A stretch of DNA of 64,000 bases from Lama guanicoe (Eukaryota), in assembly GCA_013239625.1 (NCBI GenBank), contig MU053873.1:3114524-3178523 (forward strand). Reading direction: 5' to 3'. This document shows positions 37,168-50,667 of the stretch, piece by piece. A program made the position numbers and the translations under genes. Under the pieces are notes generated by a model, which was not told where the DNA came from, made no database searches, and worked only from the letters and a program-made list of their open reading frames with translations. How positions within the stretch are numbered: the stretch's first letter is position 1; each line of letters opens with the position of its first letter.

Positions 37168-40100
37168 AATGCTCTATTTGGCTTAGATTTATGAAGGCTT
37201 ATTAGGTAAATCAGGATATGACCATCCAGAAATACAAGAATTTCCACTCTTCCTTATCTGCAAGGATAAGAATCTGGGCTTCAGAAAACAAGACAGGCCT
37301 GGGGTTCAGATCCTGGCTCTGCCCCTTCCTGGCCATCTTGTGAAGCCTGGCTGTCAGAGTAGGAACGAAAATGCCAGATGTCACAGCATCTTGTGAGGAA
37401 TCAGAGATGATATATGTAATTGGTATGGTCAGTACCCTGAGCGTGGCCCGAGTACACCTCCATCTGCCCCCAGCTCTTCATGCCAAGTGGAGCCTTGTGC
37501 AATTAAACTTGCGTGCGTTACTTATCATTTCAAAACACTACTACTGTAAACACATGTTGGAAAATCTTAACCCTCATTCAATCGTTTTTCAATTAATGGC
37601 CTTTCCATCAGGGCTAGAGAGGACCCCAGCCTGAGGGCAGATGTTTAAGGAAAGGCAACTCATACGAATGAGCCTGCTCTGTGCAGCTCAGGAAAGGGGA
37701 GAGGATGCCAAAGTGGTCTGCTCAGCCTCAGGACCAGCCAGCTGCTAAGACACATGTGTGAGGCTTGGACCACACCCCTTCCCCTGCCAGGCTGCCCTGT
37801 GACTGCTGCTCCATCGTCCTCTCTCTACGCCTCCCATGGTGGGAGATGCTCCATGAATACTGGGTGAAGAATGATAAGTGCACCCATATGTGTGTGGATT
37901 TATATATGCCGTTTCATCAGAATCAGTATGATCGCCCCATCTTGCAGATGAGGAAACTAAGGCTCACGGGTGAGAAACCCTCTGCTCAAGGTATCCACAT
38001 TGCTAAGTGGTAGGGCCTGGATCTGAACCCGGGTTGGACACATTGGATGCTCTTGCTCTGTCCTTCCACACCACCACACACCCTCCAGGCAGGAAGCTGA
38101 GTGGAAACTGCAACCACCTGAACTCATGTCTACACACATACAATTTTCCCAAAATCTACTGAGACACAATGAGCAAAAAAACAGTGAGACCCAAGTCAAG
38201 GAGATGCATGGATTCACTGGTACCAGACACAATCACACGACAAAAAGGAGAATTTCCAAGCCCGAGTCTAAGCAGAGCCTGGGCCAACAGGAGCTACAGG
38301 AAACTCGACGTGCAGATTTAATGACACCATGAATCATCCCAAAGACATGCTGTCACCCCGTTCTTCATCCACACCCTGAAATTAAAGGGGAAATTTAAAA
38401 TGTATTGATGTTCTTTAATATCAAGGCCTGGATGGGAAACCAGATGTCCTTTTAAGCTGGCCTGAAGGTTTAGTGCCCAAGTCCAACACAGCAACTGATA
38501 GTTTGTAACAGAAGTTGACACGGTGCCCAAAACTACGCCTGATGCAGTGAGAAACAGGAGGCACGCATTAAGGCCCTACAGTGTGCAGGTGAATTCTGCA
38601 TAATAATTGTTCCTGTATGGTGCACTTTTAGGCTTTGCAGACATTACTCAATCTCATCTCATAACAGTCCTCTAAAGCAGCTACTACTGTAATCTTCCCA
38701 CTCCATAAACGAGGCTTAGAAATGGTAAGTAACTGTGATGGAATAAATGGGAGAAATGAATTTAAACGAAGGAGTCCAATGTCAGGACCCATGTTTCCTG
38801 ACTGCTCTGTTCCACTGCTTTTGACTGTTCCATTTTACAGAGAAGGACACTGAGGCTCGGAGAGGCAGGTGGACTTGCCAAGGAAGCGCTCGCCTCAGCC
38901 TGTGTGACTACACACACGCTCACCTAGCCTCCCAGTGGTAGAAGAGGGGCTGCCCGACCCTTTTGGAGAGCATGCTGCAGGCTGGATGAGACCACGAGGA
39001 GGGTCAACCATGCGAGAGGCTCCAGGTATACGGTAAAGCAAGGACTGTACCCAAGGCAGGAGGCTGGCAAGGGAGAGGGGCAGGGCAGGAGCCGGAGGGC
39101 ACAGCCTTTCTGGAGGGAGGGGTGGAGTCGGGCTTTGGGAAGAGGGGTCAGGTGGGGAGGGCTGAGGAAGACACTCCAAGCTGGAGAAGAAGATCCCGCC
39201 TAGCAGCGATTAGCTTATTGAGTGGTTTCTGCAAAACCCTCGAGCAGCAACAGCTGATACCGACATTTCACAGTCAAAGGCTCCAAGGGTAGAAAGGAGG
39301 AGACTGGAAGGGAGACTCAGGCAAGGAAGATGCCGTGGGGGGTGGAATCCCCAAGGGGGCTTGCTTGATGACAGGCAGAGGAGGCAGCGGGATAGGCAGC
39401 AGGTGGTCCCAAAGCCTGTTTATTTCTGACCTGAAGGTGCAGAGAGTTGACTGTAAATATCCTATATTCCGCATTAAGCAATGTTTTTATGACACAAAAT
39501 AACTGTTAAGCCTTGCTTGTTGTCTTCTCTGATCTTAAGTAGATGCTGAGTCCTTGACACTTTAAAAAACCAACCCAGTGAACTGCCCTCAGTGGACACC
39601 TGCCTGCACAGCTCCTGGGGGTCAGCAAAATCTGCCTCATCTCCCCCACGCAGTCTTACCTGCCACTGGGTACTAGGACTACTGGTTTTTGAACAGAGTT
39701 GCCCAACAGAATCACGCATGGAACTCTACCCAAAAAATCAGTTTCAATGGGGGTGGAAGGTAAGGGGACCATTCATGTTTAAGAGAGACTAAAGACTAAT
39801 GGAAGATGTTAATAGTATGGGAACCTATGGGCAGGAAGACAGGGGGATATGGGTCCTCTCTGTTCCTTCAATTTTTCTGTTAAGTCTAAACCTTCTCTTA
39901 AAAAAAATAAAGTCTATTTTTTTTAAGGGAGAGAAACAAAAAGAAACCAAACCACCAGATGCAATGAGTGCCCTTAATAGTAGGACCCTTCTTTTAAAAA
40001 GCACTGCGATCCAGTTTTAGAACTGGGGTAATACGAATGTTGGGCTCTTGGATGTTATTGTGGATTTGCTCATTTTCTTAGGTGTGATGATGGCGCAATA

Positions 40101-40339
40101 GTCAGGAGATGTCCTAGGAGACGTCCTTCTTCATATGATAAAGATGTGAAATTATTTTAAGGAGAACGGTTATGATGTCTTCAACTTACTTTCACTTCAG
40201 TGGGCATAAAAATCCTATGTAGACAGAAGTAGAGAAGAAGGTAAAGATAGAAATAAAATCGATATGAAAAAAAACCTAGTCATTGTCAAATTAAGGTAGA
40301 GGCTAGCAGAATTGATGGTGCCTGGGCACATTTGTTGTT

Positions 40340-40415
40340 AAAAAAAAAAGGAGAAGGGAGAAGAAGAAGAAGATAGAAGATAGAAGGAGAGGAGAGAGGA
40401 AGAGAGGGGAAGAAG
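40340..40415. repeat. Purine-rich (GAA/GGA/GA)n low-complexity tract
   Basis: aaaaaaaaaggagaagggagaagaagaagaagatagaagatagaaggagaggagagaggaagagagggga, read directly. Confidence 0.85.
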
Positions 40416-43379
40416 TGACACTGTTTTTACAGGTAATTCTGAGGAACTACCGATTGATTTAAAAAAAAAAAGCAAACATTTCTCCTCACCTTTCAGTGTT
40501 CAGCCCAACTGCAGCTGCCACCAGAAGCCTTCGCCCACCTCTCAGGCTGGGCTGGGGGCCCTCTCCGTTCCACCACCCCTAGGCCTCCCCATCTCTGCAC
40601 TGTGTTTGCTGACTTGTTTACAACTCCCCACAAGACTGTTAATTCTGAACTAGACTGTATTTTCCTTCCATAAATCCCCAGGATCTAGATGAGTCCCTCA
40701 AGGAGAGTTTATGGATTGGAAAGAATGAAGAACTGGAGGAACAGAGAGATGAGGGGCTGCGGAGATGAAGAAAGGGGGGCAATCCAGCTGCTTAGTTCAG
40801 CCCCCAGCAGCCTCACTTATCAGTTGGCCAAAGCCACTTCCCTGGGCTTAAAAATAACAGGTTCAAAACCCACTTCCATCTAGCACACAGTCTAGAGAGA
40901 AGTTCTCATATTGTCTAAGCCCAGTCCAAAACCTGGTTTTATTTCTACAGAATTTTATCAACTACAGAATGGAGAGGGAGCTGGTACCACATCTGGTTTG
41001 AACCCCTCGTTCTCCTCCTGGAAAATACAGACCAGAAAGAGAGCTTCCCGGGTCCCACTCTGCCCAGGGTGGGAGAGCGCTGGCTCTGCAGTGGGAGAGC
41101 CAGCGCTCTCCCACCGCAGTCTGACCCTGTGACACAGCTCCCACAGTGCTGTGAAAGAACAACCTGGATAAGTAAAGGAATTAAAGTCTAACTGGATGAG
41201 AGATTCACTTGGGTTCAACATATTTTCCATAAACGTTTAATGCTTTCCTTCACTCTCCAGGCACAGACATTACCTCAGCTGAGTGTGGGACAATGGTTAA
41301 TAACCACGTAAAAATCTCAGACTTAGTCGTAAAAGCACCCAGTTCATCATAAAAATGCTGTTTTAAGTGAATGGAAATTATCAGTCCATCCCCGCCTCCT
41401 TATATCCATTCAGAGTCATTCACTGAGGGCCACGATGCCGGCTGCTGCTGATGCAGAGGTGACTAACCCTTCCATTCAAGAGGCTTATAGTCTGGAGGGG
41501 AAGGCCACTCACCAGCGTATGACCCGAGGGATGTACGAGTGAGCCTTCGTGTTCTCTGAGGCATGGAAGCCAAGGAAGGAATGTTTACTTAGCAAAGAGA
41601 GGAGTCCAACTCAGCACTCAGCTTCCAGGTAAGATGGACCAGCTTGTATCAGACAAACCCCCCACTCAGAAAACATAGAAAAGCTAAATTTAAACTTAAA
41701 GGCATTAGAGAGTTTTAAAAAAATTGGTAAATCTAATTCAGAGCACAAGGCAAGATGGTGATGACCTCTGAGTGAGGAGGACTAAATAAGGAGGTCATGA
41801 CTCAAATGGATACAAGGCAGTGTTAGGGGCCCTAGAGATGGGCTGGTTTTGATTTGGGCAGTAATCACACAGGTATGACCAATCTTTGAAAATTTCATAA
41901 AGATCCAGTTTCCAGTATGTTTATTTCAGTAAGTCCACTTAACAAAAATTTAGCTCAATTAGGAAACTGCAGATTCTACAAGGATGTTGTGAACTGCTGA
42001 TGATTAATTCAGATGATTTTACGCAAAGTCACAGCTAACCAAGGGGAGCCTCAAAACTCCTGAGGTATCATCAGAGCTACCATCTAAGACTGGAGCTCCA
42101 AATAGAAAACAGCCCTCCTACCCACAGGAACCTGTCCAAGAGTGACGATGGCTCCAAGAATAAACCCTGGACAGAGCCAGACTTCTCCTGCTCTTCGCTT
42201 GTTCAGGCCCTGCGTGGTTAACATGGTTAACACGTTTGCACTGAAAATTTTCATGCTTCCATTTCCACATCTTTCCCACTAATCTTCTTAATACTGATAA
42301 AACTGAAAATAACCCTTGTGTTCTAGGAAGACATAAAACCGTTTTCATGAGCGGCTCATTCATTAAGTCTATTCAGGGTGGATTAAAATGATCCTGAGCT
42401 CTGGTTCTCAGAATGCAGAGACCAGTAAATAAACGTGCTATTGAAATAAGATCAGCAGTGGGTGCTTAACCTACTTTGAGAACAAGCTGTTTTTAATGCC
42501 AAGGATCATCCATTCATATTTACATAATTAATGAACTAATTACAAACGAGTCTTATCTAATCATTTAAGCAGGTCTCACGACCCATCCTTGGCCCCCCCT
42601 TCTGCAGTACAGTAATTGCATTTCCTTGAAAGTAATACAACTTTACTTTAAAAACAATACCCTATAATTTAGACCTTTTTACTAATACAAGCCAGCCTCA
42701 TCCCACATAAAAATCAACAGAGGCTGATCCAAGGAGGATGGTGGTGTTTAAATCTTTTTCTTTTAAACTAAGTACCACAAGGCAAGAGTATGGGGCTACA
42801 ACTGTTTACAGAAGGCAAATTTTTCCCCTGGAAAAGGAAAAGTTGTAATGCCATCTTTTAGCCAAACGAAAAGCAGTTGTGTTAAATCGGCACCAAAGCA
42901 AATGATACATACAACAGTAATTAGTGAAGATTACACGGTAATTAAAATCATGATGATTATGTGAGTGAGAATAATTTATACAATAATTTCCACGCTCACA
43001 TTGCAATATGGTACCAGTCCAACAGCAACACTGGAGAGCCACGTTGGGTAATAAATTCTAATCACAGCATCTCTAATTATGTGGTGATAGATGGGTCACT
43101 GAAATTTAGGGATAAATAAAGCCTCTGATCAGGATACATACAATTTTATTTGGACATCCCAAGGCTACCAAGTGGGGATCCCAAATACTCTAACACTGCC
43201 CACCTCCCTCCCCAGAGGGAGCCCCAGACCTGTGGCTTCCCCACCTGCTTCCACCAATCCTGCTTCCATGCTCTGTGATACAAGACAGTTAACCCGTCTG
43301 GCAAATCCACCCTTGGCTCCTGATACCAGCATTATTCTTCTAATCACCCTGTGAGAGGCCATCTAACTTCTATCTATAC

Positions 43380-44960
43380 CAGTCATTTATTCGTTCAGTG
43401 CGTATTTACTGAGCATCTACTATGTGCTAGACACTGTGGTGCGTGCTGAGGTGTAAGAAGGAAAAGATAAGATTTATGTCCTCAAAAGGCCCACAGCCTA
43501 ATGAGGGAGACAGCTGAACAGATGATCTCACCATAACATGGACATGCTATGGGAGGGGAATTGTGGGGTCTGCAGGACCACGGCATTGGGCCACACGACC
43601 TGGCCAGGGAATCAGGACGTCTCCTGAGGCTGGTGACACAGGAGCTGAGTCATGAATAAGAGTTCATAGGTGAAGAAACACGGGAAGGGTGTCCAGGCAG
43701 AGGAAGTTCACAGCCACAGGACCGAGGGCGGGAAACAGCACCGTGTATGAGGGAGGCCACACACCATTTCAGGCACAAAGTATGAAGAAGAGATGTGGGG
43801 AAAGGAGGCCAGAGAGTAGCCAGGAGCCAGGTCATGGAGGGCAGTGCAAGCCTGCTAAGGTGCTTGAGTTCCATCCTGCTCTGTCCTGCAGGACAGAGGG
43901 AACAAAGTTTTTCTATAAAGGACAGATAGCAAATATTTTTGGCTTTGGGGCCATTCGATCTCTGTTGCAACTCCTCAACTCTGCCAGCACAGTGCAAAGA
44001 CAGTAATAAACAATATGTAAAATTTGAAAAACAACCAAGGGTATGGCTGTGATTCAATAAAATGTTATTTACCACAGCAGGTCAAGGACAAGATGTGGCC
44101 TGTGGGCAGCAGTTTGCTGACTCCTGCTGTAGGTGACTGGAAGCCACTGAAACGAGATTTTCATCTGAGAGAGATCACAGTGGCTGAAGGGCAGAGGGCA
44201 AAGGAGGGACCCAAGGAAGATGGCACTGGAGGTCTATGCCAGTCTAGAACAGAAAAGGTGGGAACCTGACAAAGGTGTTGGCAGTGAGGATGGAGCAAAG
44301 TAAAGAGAGTCAAGAGTATTTGCTGGGGGTGGCCGGGGAGGGGGTGCAGAATCAACAAGATTTAGAGATCAGTTGACTGTGGGGGTGAGAGAGAGGGATG
44401 AGACCCCAAGATGAGTCAAGCCTGGGTGGCTTTATGAGTGACAGGCCCAGCAAGTGATACTGAGAACACTGGTTGGGGGAGGAGTTTCCTCGCAGGCAGG
44501 CGGGGTTAAGCCACCAGGGAGACATCCAGTCAGCGAGCATCTCAGCATAGGCAGTTAGCTACGATATACACATACAAAACGTAGGGGGACGTAAGAGCTG
44601 GAGGTCCAGACGTGTGGTTCATCCATTTACAGTGAGGGCATTAAAATCACAAGAGGACTGCCTGTGACCAGGTGGAGGGAAGAACAGCACGTGAGAGCAG
44701 CATTCTGTGACACCAGCACCGGGGGAGCCAGGGTAGGAAGGAAAAGACCAGAAAAGAGAAGTCTGGGGAGCGCCAAGGAGCAGAAACATGTACCAGGCCA
44801 GGGAGACAGAGAGTCCAAGAAGTGCCTGACAGGTGCCAGAGCAGGAGAGAAGTCCAGGAAAAGATCATGACTGGAGAATGTGCCCTGGCTTGTCCCTTTG
44901 GAAGGCGCTGACACGGCGAGAAACGTTTCAGAGGAGCAGTGGGGGCAGGCCCCAGGTGAG
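43380..44960 (-). mobile_element. Degraded L2 fragment interrupted by MER58A, boundaries approximate
   Basis: tatttactgagcatctactatgtgctagacactgt L2 tail. ccaggcagaggaagttcacag and ggaagccactga are typical L2 blocks. Confidence 0.7.
43894..44126 (-). mobile_element. MER58A (hAT-Charlie), full length
   Basis: cagagggaacaaagtttttctataaagg...cagtttgctgactcctg. Degenerate 8-bp TSD ctgcagga / ctgtaggt. Confidence 0.85.
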
Positions 44961-47900
44961 GTGAGTAAGTGAGGGTGGTGCGTGTGGCCCCATTCTGGAG
45001 AAGCCCGGCTTCAGGGAGAGAAGGAATCACTCAGCAGGACTGCAGGGCGATGGGCAAGGACATGGCTAGAATGGGACACTTTGAAGGGGCCCATAACCAG
45101 CGGAGGAAGAACAACCTGAAAGGAGGAAGCAGGGGACGTGGGGGCCAGGGATAAGGGGGACGCTGGGTGCGCTGCAGGGGTGAGGAGGGGCGGGATTGGA
45201 ATTAAGACTCCAAGGGGACTGGGTCTTGTCTTCTGACCCCAGGGGAAGATGGTAGCAGACAGAGATGGATTTATAGACACCACAGAATTTGAGGCCATCG
45301 TCTTCTTATCTTTGAGTGAGCCAGGAGTTGAGGGTGTCTCTGCAGAGTGACAGAAGGGGGCTGGAGTGAAGGCAGGGTGGTTTGGAGTAATTGTCCAGTG
45401 AAATGAAAGGAACAACGGCCCAGTGACAAGACGTGAGCGTCTGCACAGGTTTTCAGTGAATGCCCCCACAGAACCGGGTGAGTAACCACCTCTGGGCCTC
45501 TGCAGGATGTGGGGATGGGGTCCAGACTAAAATGGGGCCTGGACTCTCCTTGGAAAGCCTGAGGTACTGGAGGACCAGAAGGGACAGGACAGAACCCTTT
45601 ACTGGAACACTCTCCCAGCAGGGCATGGTCCTGGAGGGCACACAGAAGGCCAGGGGAGCAGGCCAGCCCTGGGGCGGCCCGGGCACCACCTGCTGCCAGA
45701 CATCGAGAGAGACTCCAGAGGCGAGCGTGGCTGCCACCACCAAGCCCATAAACTCCCTCCCGGGGGCCACGGAGGTAATTTAGTGTCTCTGTCTCCAGAA
45801 GCTCTTGCATTTATCAGCAGCAGCTGCATGATTCCTGGGCTGTAAATCATAAAGCTTTAGGCGTATTTCTCTTGAGTTGACATCCCCTTATAAATAACAC
45901 AAGGAGCGCTTTTATTTTTTTGGCAGAAGGCTGCTTTCTCTCTCTTCTGTTTTTAGAGTGACCTTCTTTCTCAGTCAAATTGGAAACGTCCAGGAGACTC
46001 TTTTATTGAGCCCTGTGATGGGCCAGGTAACGCAGGGTGGGGCAGGGCAGACAGGAGCCTCGGACTCCACCACTACATGCCTCCTAGCAGAGCGCTGGGG
46101 TGAGTTGGTGGCATCCAGCCAAGTTTCAAATGCAAATTCCCTTTGACCCAGAGAATCATTTGCCCATGTGCATAAGGATGTGTGTTTTTTTAAGGCTTAC
46201 AGGCTAACAGCAAATATCCTGCAATCAAATAAAAGTGAAAGGAGAAGACTGCAGTTAAAGAAACCATGGCATTTTAAGATCTTCTGCAGGAACTTAAAAG
46301 AATGAGACAGACTTATGTGTGCCAATAAGGAGAGATCTCCAAGGTCTACTGTTGGGGGAAATAAGCACATTGTAGGAATGTATTGTAACATTATATACAT
46401 AATATAGTGTCATATTGTTTATGCTTTTTAAAAGCCCACAAATACGCTATGTGTTTGCTACCAGTACCTGTATGTTTAGAAATGCACAGAGAAAGATGTG
46501 GAAGGATACGCACAAGACTGAAGATGGTAGGTACCTTAGGGAAGGGAACTGAGGTTAGGGTGGTGGCCAAGAGGATTGCAGCTTTCTCAGTTATAGCTTA
46601 AGTTCTTGAAAGGGGGAAGTATTTATAGATTATACAGCTGGAGGCCAAAGCTCCTGAACTCTGGGTCAGTCCTTACTGTAAGCTTGGGTAAGCTATTTCC
46701 CTGTGCAGACATCAGGTTTTCCCATTTATACAATGGGATTGGACTAAATAATCCCAGTGGTCCCTTCCAACTCAGAAGTTCTAGAATCTTTATATTGTAA
46801 ACATACTCCAAGGACAGGCCTCAAAATTTTCAGGGCTTAATGCCATGGAATGTGGCACTCAGCAGGCACTTAATAAGTATCTTTTAGATGGATGTCAAAT
46901 GTTGAATAATGATCCTTATGCAGTTTTAATATTAATAACAGGCCAACTCTTTGCCAGGAAACTTTGCCAGGTAAGTGACCCGCCTCCCGTGTAAATGTCA
47001 GAGAGCCATAGCAGTGTGCAAATACAAATACAGGCTTTGGAGGGATTCAAACCTGGGTTCAAATCCCGGCTCTTCCACTTCCCTGCTGAATGACCCTGAG
47101 CAAATTATTGACCCTCTCTGAGTCACAGTCAGTGCTGAACTGTGACCAAGTACAGTTAATATTTCTGCTCAAACACTGTTGTTATGGTCAGTTATTCATT
47201 CAATAAATACTTACTGAGCACCATCTGTATGCCAGCCCTAGGGACACCAACAGGAATAAAACTGACAATGAGGGCAGGAGGCGAGTCCTTTCTTGCCTCC
47301 TGCCCCATCGCTTCCCTTGGTGCGGGCACCTCTGCTCTGAACAGCAGCTGGACAAACCTGAAGACTTGGAGGGGGAGGAGGCAGGGGCAGGGGCATGAGG
47401 CTATAGACAGGGCTGCCTGGGGATACTGAAGACTGCCCTGACCAAGCCGTAGCTACACAAGCGGGGATGTGGCCACCTTTGCCTGAATCAGTTGCTGCCT
47501 GCTCTTTGGGCCTCAGATTCTTCTTCTGTAACATGGTGGGGAATGACATCAGTCTCCTGGGATTACTCCGGGCATCAAACAGACACCAATACTAATAAAG
47601 CAGCTAATTTTCTTGAGTTCTTCCTAGGTGCCACACTCGGAGAGCACCCTCTCATTAACCCCGACAACAAATTACTCAACTAGAAAACTTGATCAGAGAA
47701 GTTAAGTAACTTGCTCCAAATCTCACAGCTGCAGACAAGCAAATACAGGATTGGAAACTGATGCTCTGACTTCAGTCCAAGTACTGAAACCTGGCAGCCT
47801 CCCACCTCCTGCTCAAATGGTGTCAAACAACTCAGGGTGTAACCCAGGGGCTAAGATCCTTATCCTGCACCCTAACATAAGGATAGTTATGACACTTGGA

Positions 47901-48899
47901 TATTATGTTAATGAGCTTTCACATTCAGCTCTGGCCGCCTTATCTGCTGGCTGACAGGGAAACACAGAGGCATTTAGTTATCAGGAGAAAAAAAGTACTC
48001 ATCATTTGAAGTTCACAGAGGACATGGCTCTCTCTCTGTACAGGTCTTTGTTTTTAATTAAGAGCAATAATCAGATAATCTTGCTTTAATTAACTCCCCT
48101 GACGCACCCCGTTCTCCAAGCCTCCCTTTGATATTTTCAACATCAAATCTTTCAGCCCAAGATTATCTGCAGACATGCGCCAGACATTTGCCACTTGCCA
48201 AACATGCCTGAAAGGTTGGCGTGAACTTCCACCCCTTTCTTTTTGGACAGACAACCCCCTTCTTCAGAGCAAACGTGTTTCATGTTGGGAAGGGGCTGTC
48301 TGGGCTTGCCCCATCAGTCTGTGATACTTCTTTCTATCTTATCACATTGGTTCTTCTGTTATCACACGAGTGGTGTGCATTTCATCTTAATTACACATCT
48401 GCTTAATCCATAATTTCTGATTCATGGCCATTAGCTCCTAATTACAAGAGAGCCACCCTTGAAAAGGAAAACTAGATGAGCTGAGGAACAGAGATGAAAA
48501 GCAAGAGGAAGATGGATATAAGTCCTGCAACTAGGGCTGCGTCCGGGGGCCCATCTGTCGGAACAACCTACTGTTGGCAATCCCAGCCTTGTGAGGGCCC
48601 CATCTCAGGCCATGACAGAATGTTTCCTTCCATCGTAGGAAAAAAATACAGAATTCTAACATTCAAACAAAGCTGATGTTTCCGAGGAATGAATCATCCA
48701 GCCTAACAGTCTTTATACAGACTCTCCATTAAAAGAAACAACAAAAAACCAGAAAACGTAGTAGGTAAATATGTTTATAAAGAAAAATTTAAATCCAAAA
48801 CTATCTATAAATGGAAAACTAGCAGGACTTGCCTTAGGTAGAAGACAACTATAATATATCCACAGCTGGGTTTTTAATGTTCACCCCATGCTCAAAAGC

Positions 48900-49075
48900 A
48901 TCTGAAAAACCACGCTTCAGGAAGGCTAGTAGATCCTCATTACTTCAACTGTTTAGGGCAGTAAATACAATTATATTTCCTGTTTTACAGATGAGGAAGG
49001 GAAGGCTCAGAGAGGGTAACTGATCAGCCTAAAGTCACACAGCAAGGAAAGGGCGGGGTCATACCTCAAACCAGA
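48900..49075 (-). mobile_element. MIR SINE
   Basis: Core ttttacagatgaggaagggaaggctcagagagggtaactga...aagtcacacagc. Confidence 0.75.
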
Positions 49076-49188
49076 CCATGCTTGTCCTTGCCTAGGATGG
49101 AGGAGATGGAAGACGTGAACAACAATCTTCAAAGTCTGAGATTCTCTGAACTATTGGCCATCCTGAGGCAGCAGGGAGCTACTCTTAC

Positions 49189-49326
49189 CTGGGGCTGAGG
49201 GTACGGCTGCTGACGGCTGACTGTCTTGAGGGGGTCCTCACGGTGTCTGTGGCCAGGGACAGAGTACAACTCAACCAGGACTGCAGACTGCCCTCTGGCC
49301 GGGAGCTGAGGATGGAGACATTATCT
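49189..49326 (-). CDS. MYO18B: MYO18B 138-nt coding exon, phase 2 to 2
   Basis: ttctag|A GAT AAT GTC...AGC CCC AG|gtaaga gives DNVSILSSRPEGSLQSWLSCTLSLATDTVRTPSRQSAVSSRTLSP(R), matching recalled human DNVSILSSQPEGSLQSWLSCTLSLATDTMRTPSRQS. Confidence 0.95.
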
Positions 49327-50667
49327 CTAGAACCAGAATGCAAGATGCTGTCAACACAATGACCACCACAGTCACAGCAATACCTAGATATTCATCCCCT
49401 GGCATGAGCCAAGCATTGTGCTAAGAGCCGAACATGTGTAACTTTATAATCAGTGCTTACAGCACCACCCCTGAGAGGTGGCAGCCAGTGCTGTCCCTAG
49501 CACACAGATGAGAGTAATGGGATCCGGGGAGGCCAACCTGTGTCTTGGCCACGGTCCCCCAGTCAGTCAGTGATGAAGTTGGGATGCAAACCTTGGCCCC
49601 TCTGATTCTAACATCCATGCTAATAACCACTGCTCTTCCTTGGAAAGACAAACACTCTAAGGCAGATGCTGAGGTAGCTCCAGTTCTGGAGTAAAATTTG
49701 GCTCTGAATTTCACACCAAATGATGTGTTCGTGGAATCTGTCAAGTGTGAAGGTCTTAACCCCTCGTTTGCCTTACTTAACTGGAATGTCTCTGTGGACA
49801 GACACTTTACTTGTATGCCCCCCCATGACTGAGAGCAGCACCGGGAAGGGCCTGTGTGGGCCTCCCACTAAGACGGGTGCTCAATGACTGTTTTATTTTA
49901 TGGCTGATATACTCACTCAAATACATATATAACATACATTATATACTAACATCTACCAGTGTTTATTATTAGTACATATAAACTTTCATATGTATATACA
50001 CACACCCATATTTATTTGTTTGTTTCTAGAGCACACCATGCCAGGCACATGGGAAGGAGCTATAAACATGAGCCTAACACTGAGTCTGCCCTCAAGACCC
50101 CATTCTAGCAGAGCAGACATCTATATACATAAATAAAACCTTAAACAAAAAAGAAAATTACTGATGCTTAGATAGGGACAGGCTAGGCTTTAAGGAGGAC
50201 AAGGAGGGAGGCACAAGGGAAGGAATCATGTAGGGGCCGCTGAGCTACACCTTGTCTGGAGGTGAGGGCTTGGCCACACAGGCCTGGAGACGGGAAGTCT
50301 AGGTGGGAGGAGCAGCACACCCAGGTACGGAGGGCACGGACGGTGTGCAAGGCCGGACTCCAGGCAGATGGGGAGGGAAGGGTCAGACGGTGCAGGGCTC
50401 AAATGTCAATCTGAAAAGTCTACTCTGAGGTGATGGGGGGCCACTGAAGGTGTTTGAGGACAGTGGTGTAAGTCACGGGCTGTCATCTACAAGAAGTAGG
50501 ACAGTTCAGTAACGTGTCCCTGGGGCCGTATGTTCTGACCAGGGGGTCAGAGCTCTCATGGGCACTGTGGACAGCTCTCCAGACAGGCATGGATGTCCCC
50601 TCTGCAAACTGGACACAGAGAGCTGGGGGCTCGTCTCTGGCTTCGGTTCTACTCAGGGTTAACTTAC

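Noticed and set aside
39830..39925. Old L1 3' end as the local source of the 6258-6378 insert
   Set aside because: Only family-level similarity, and it lacks the terminal caaccctgccacat.
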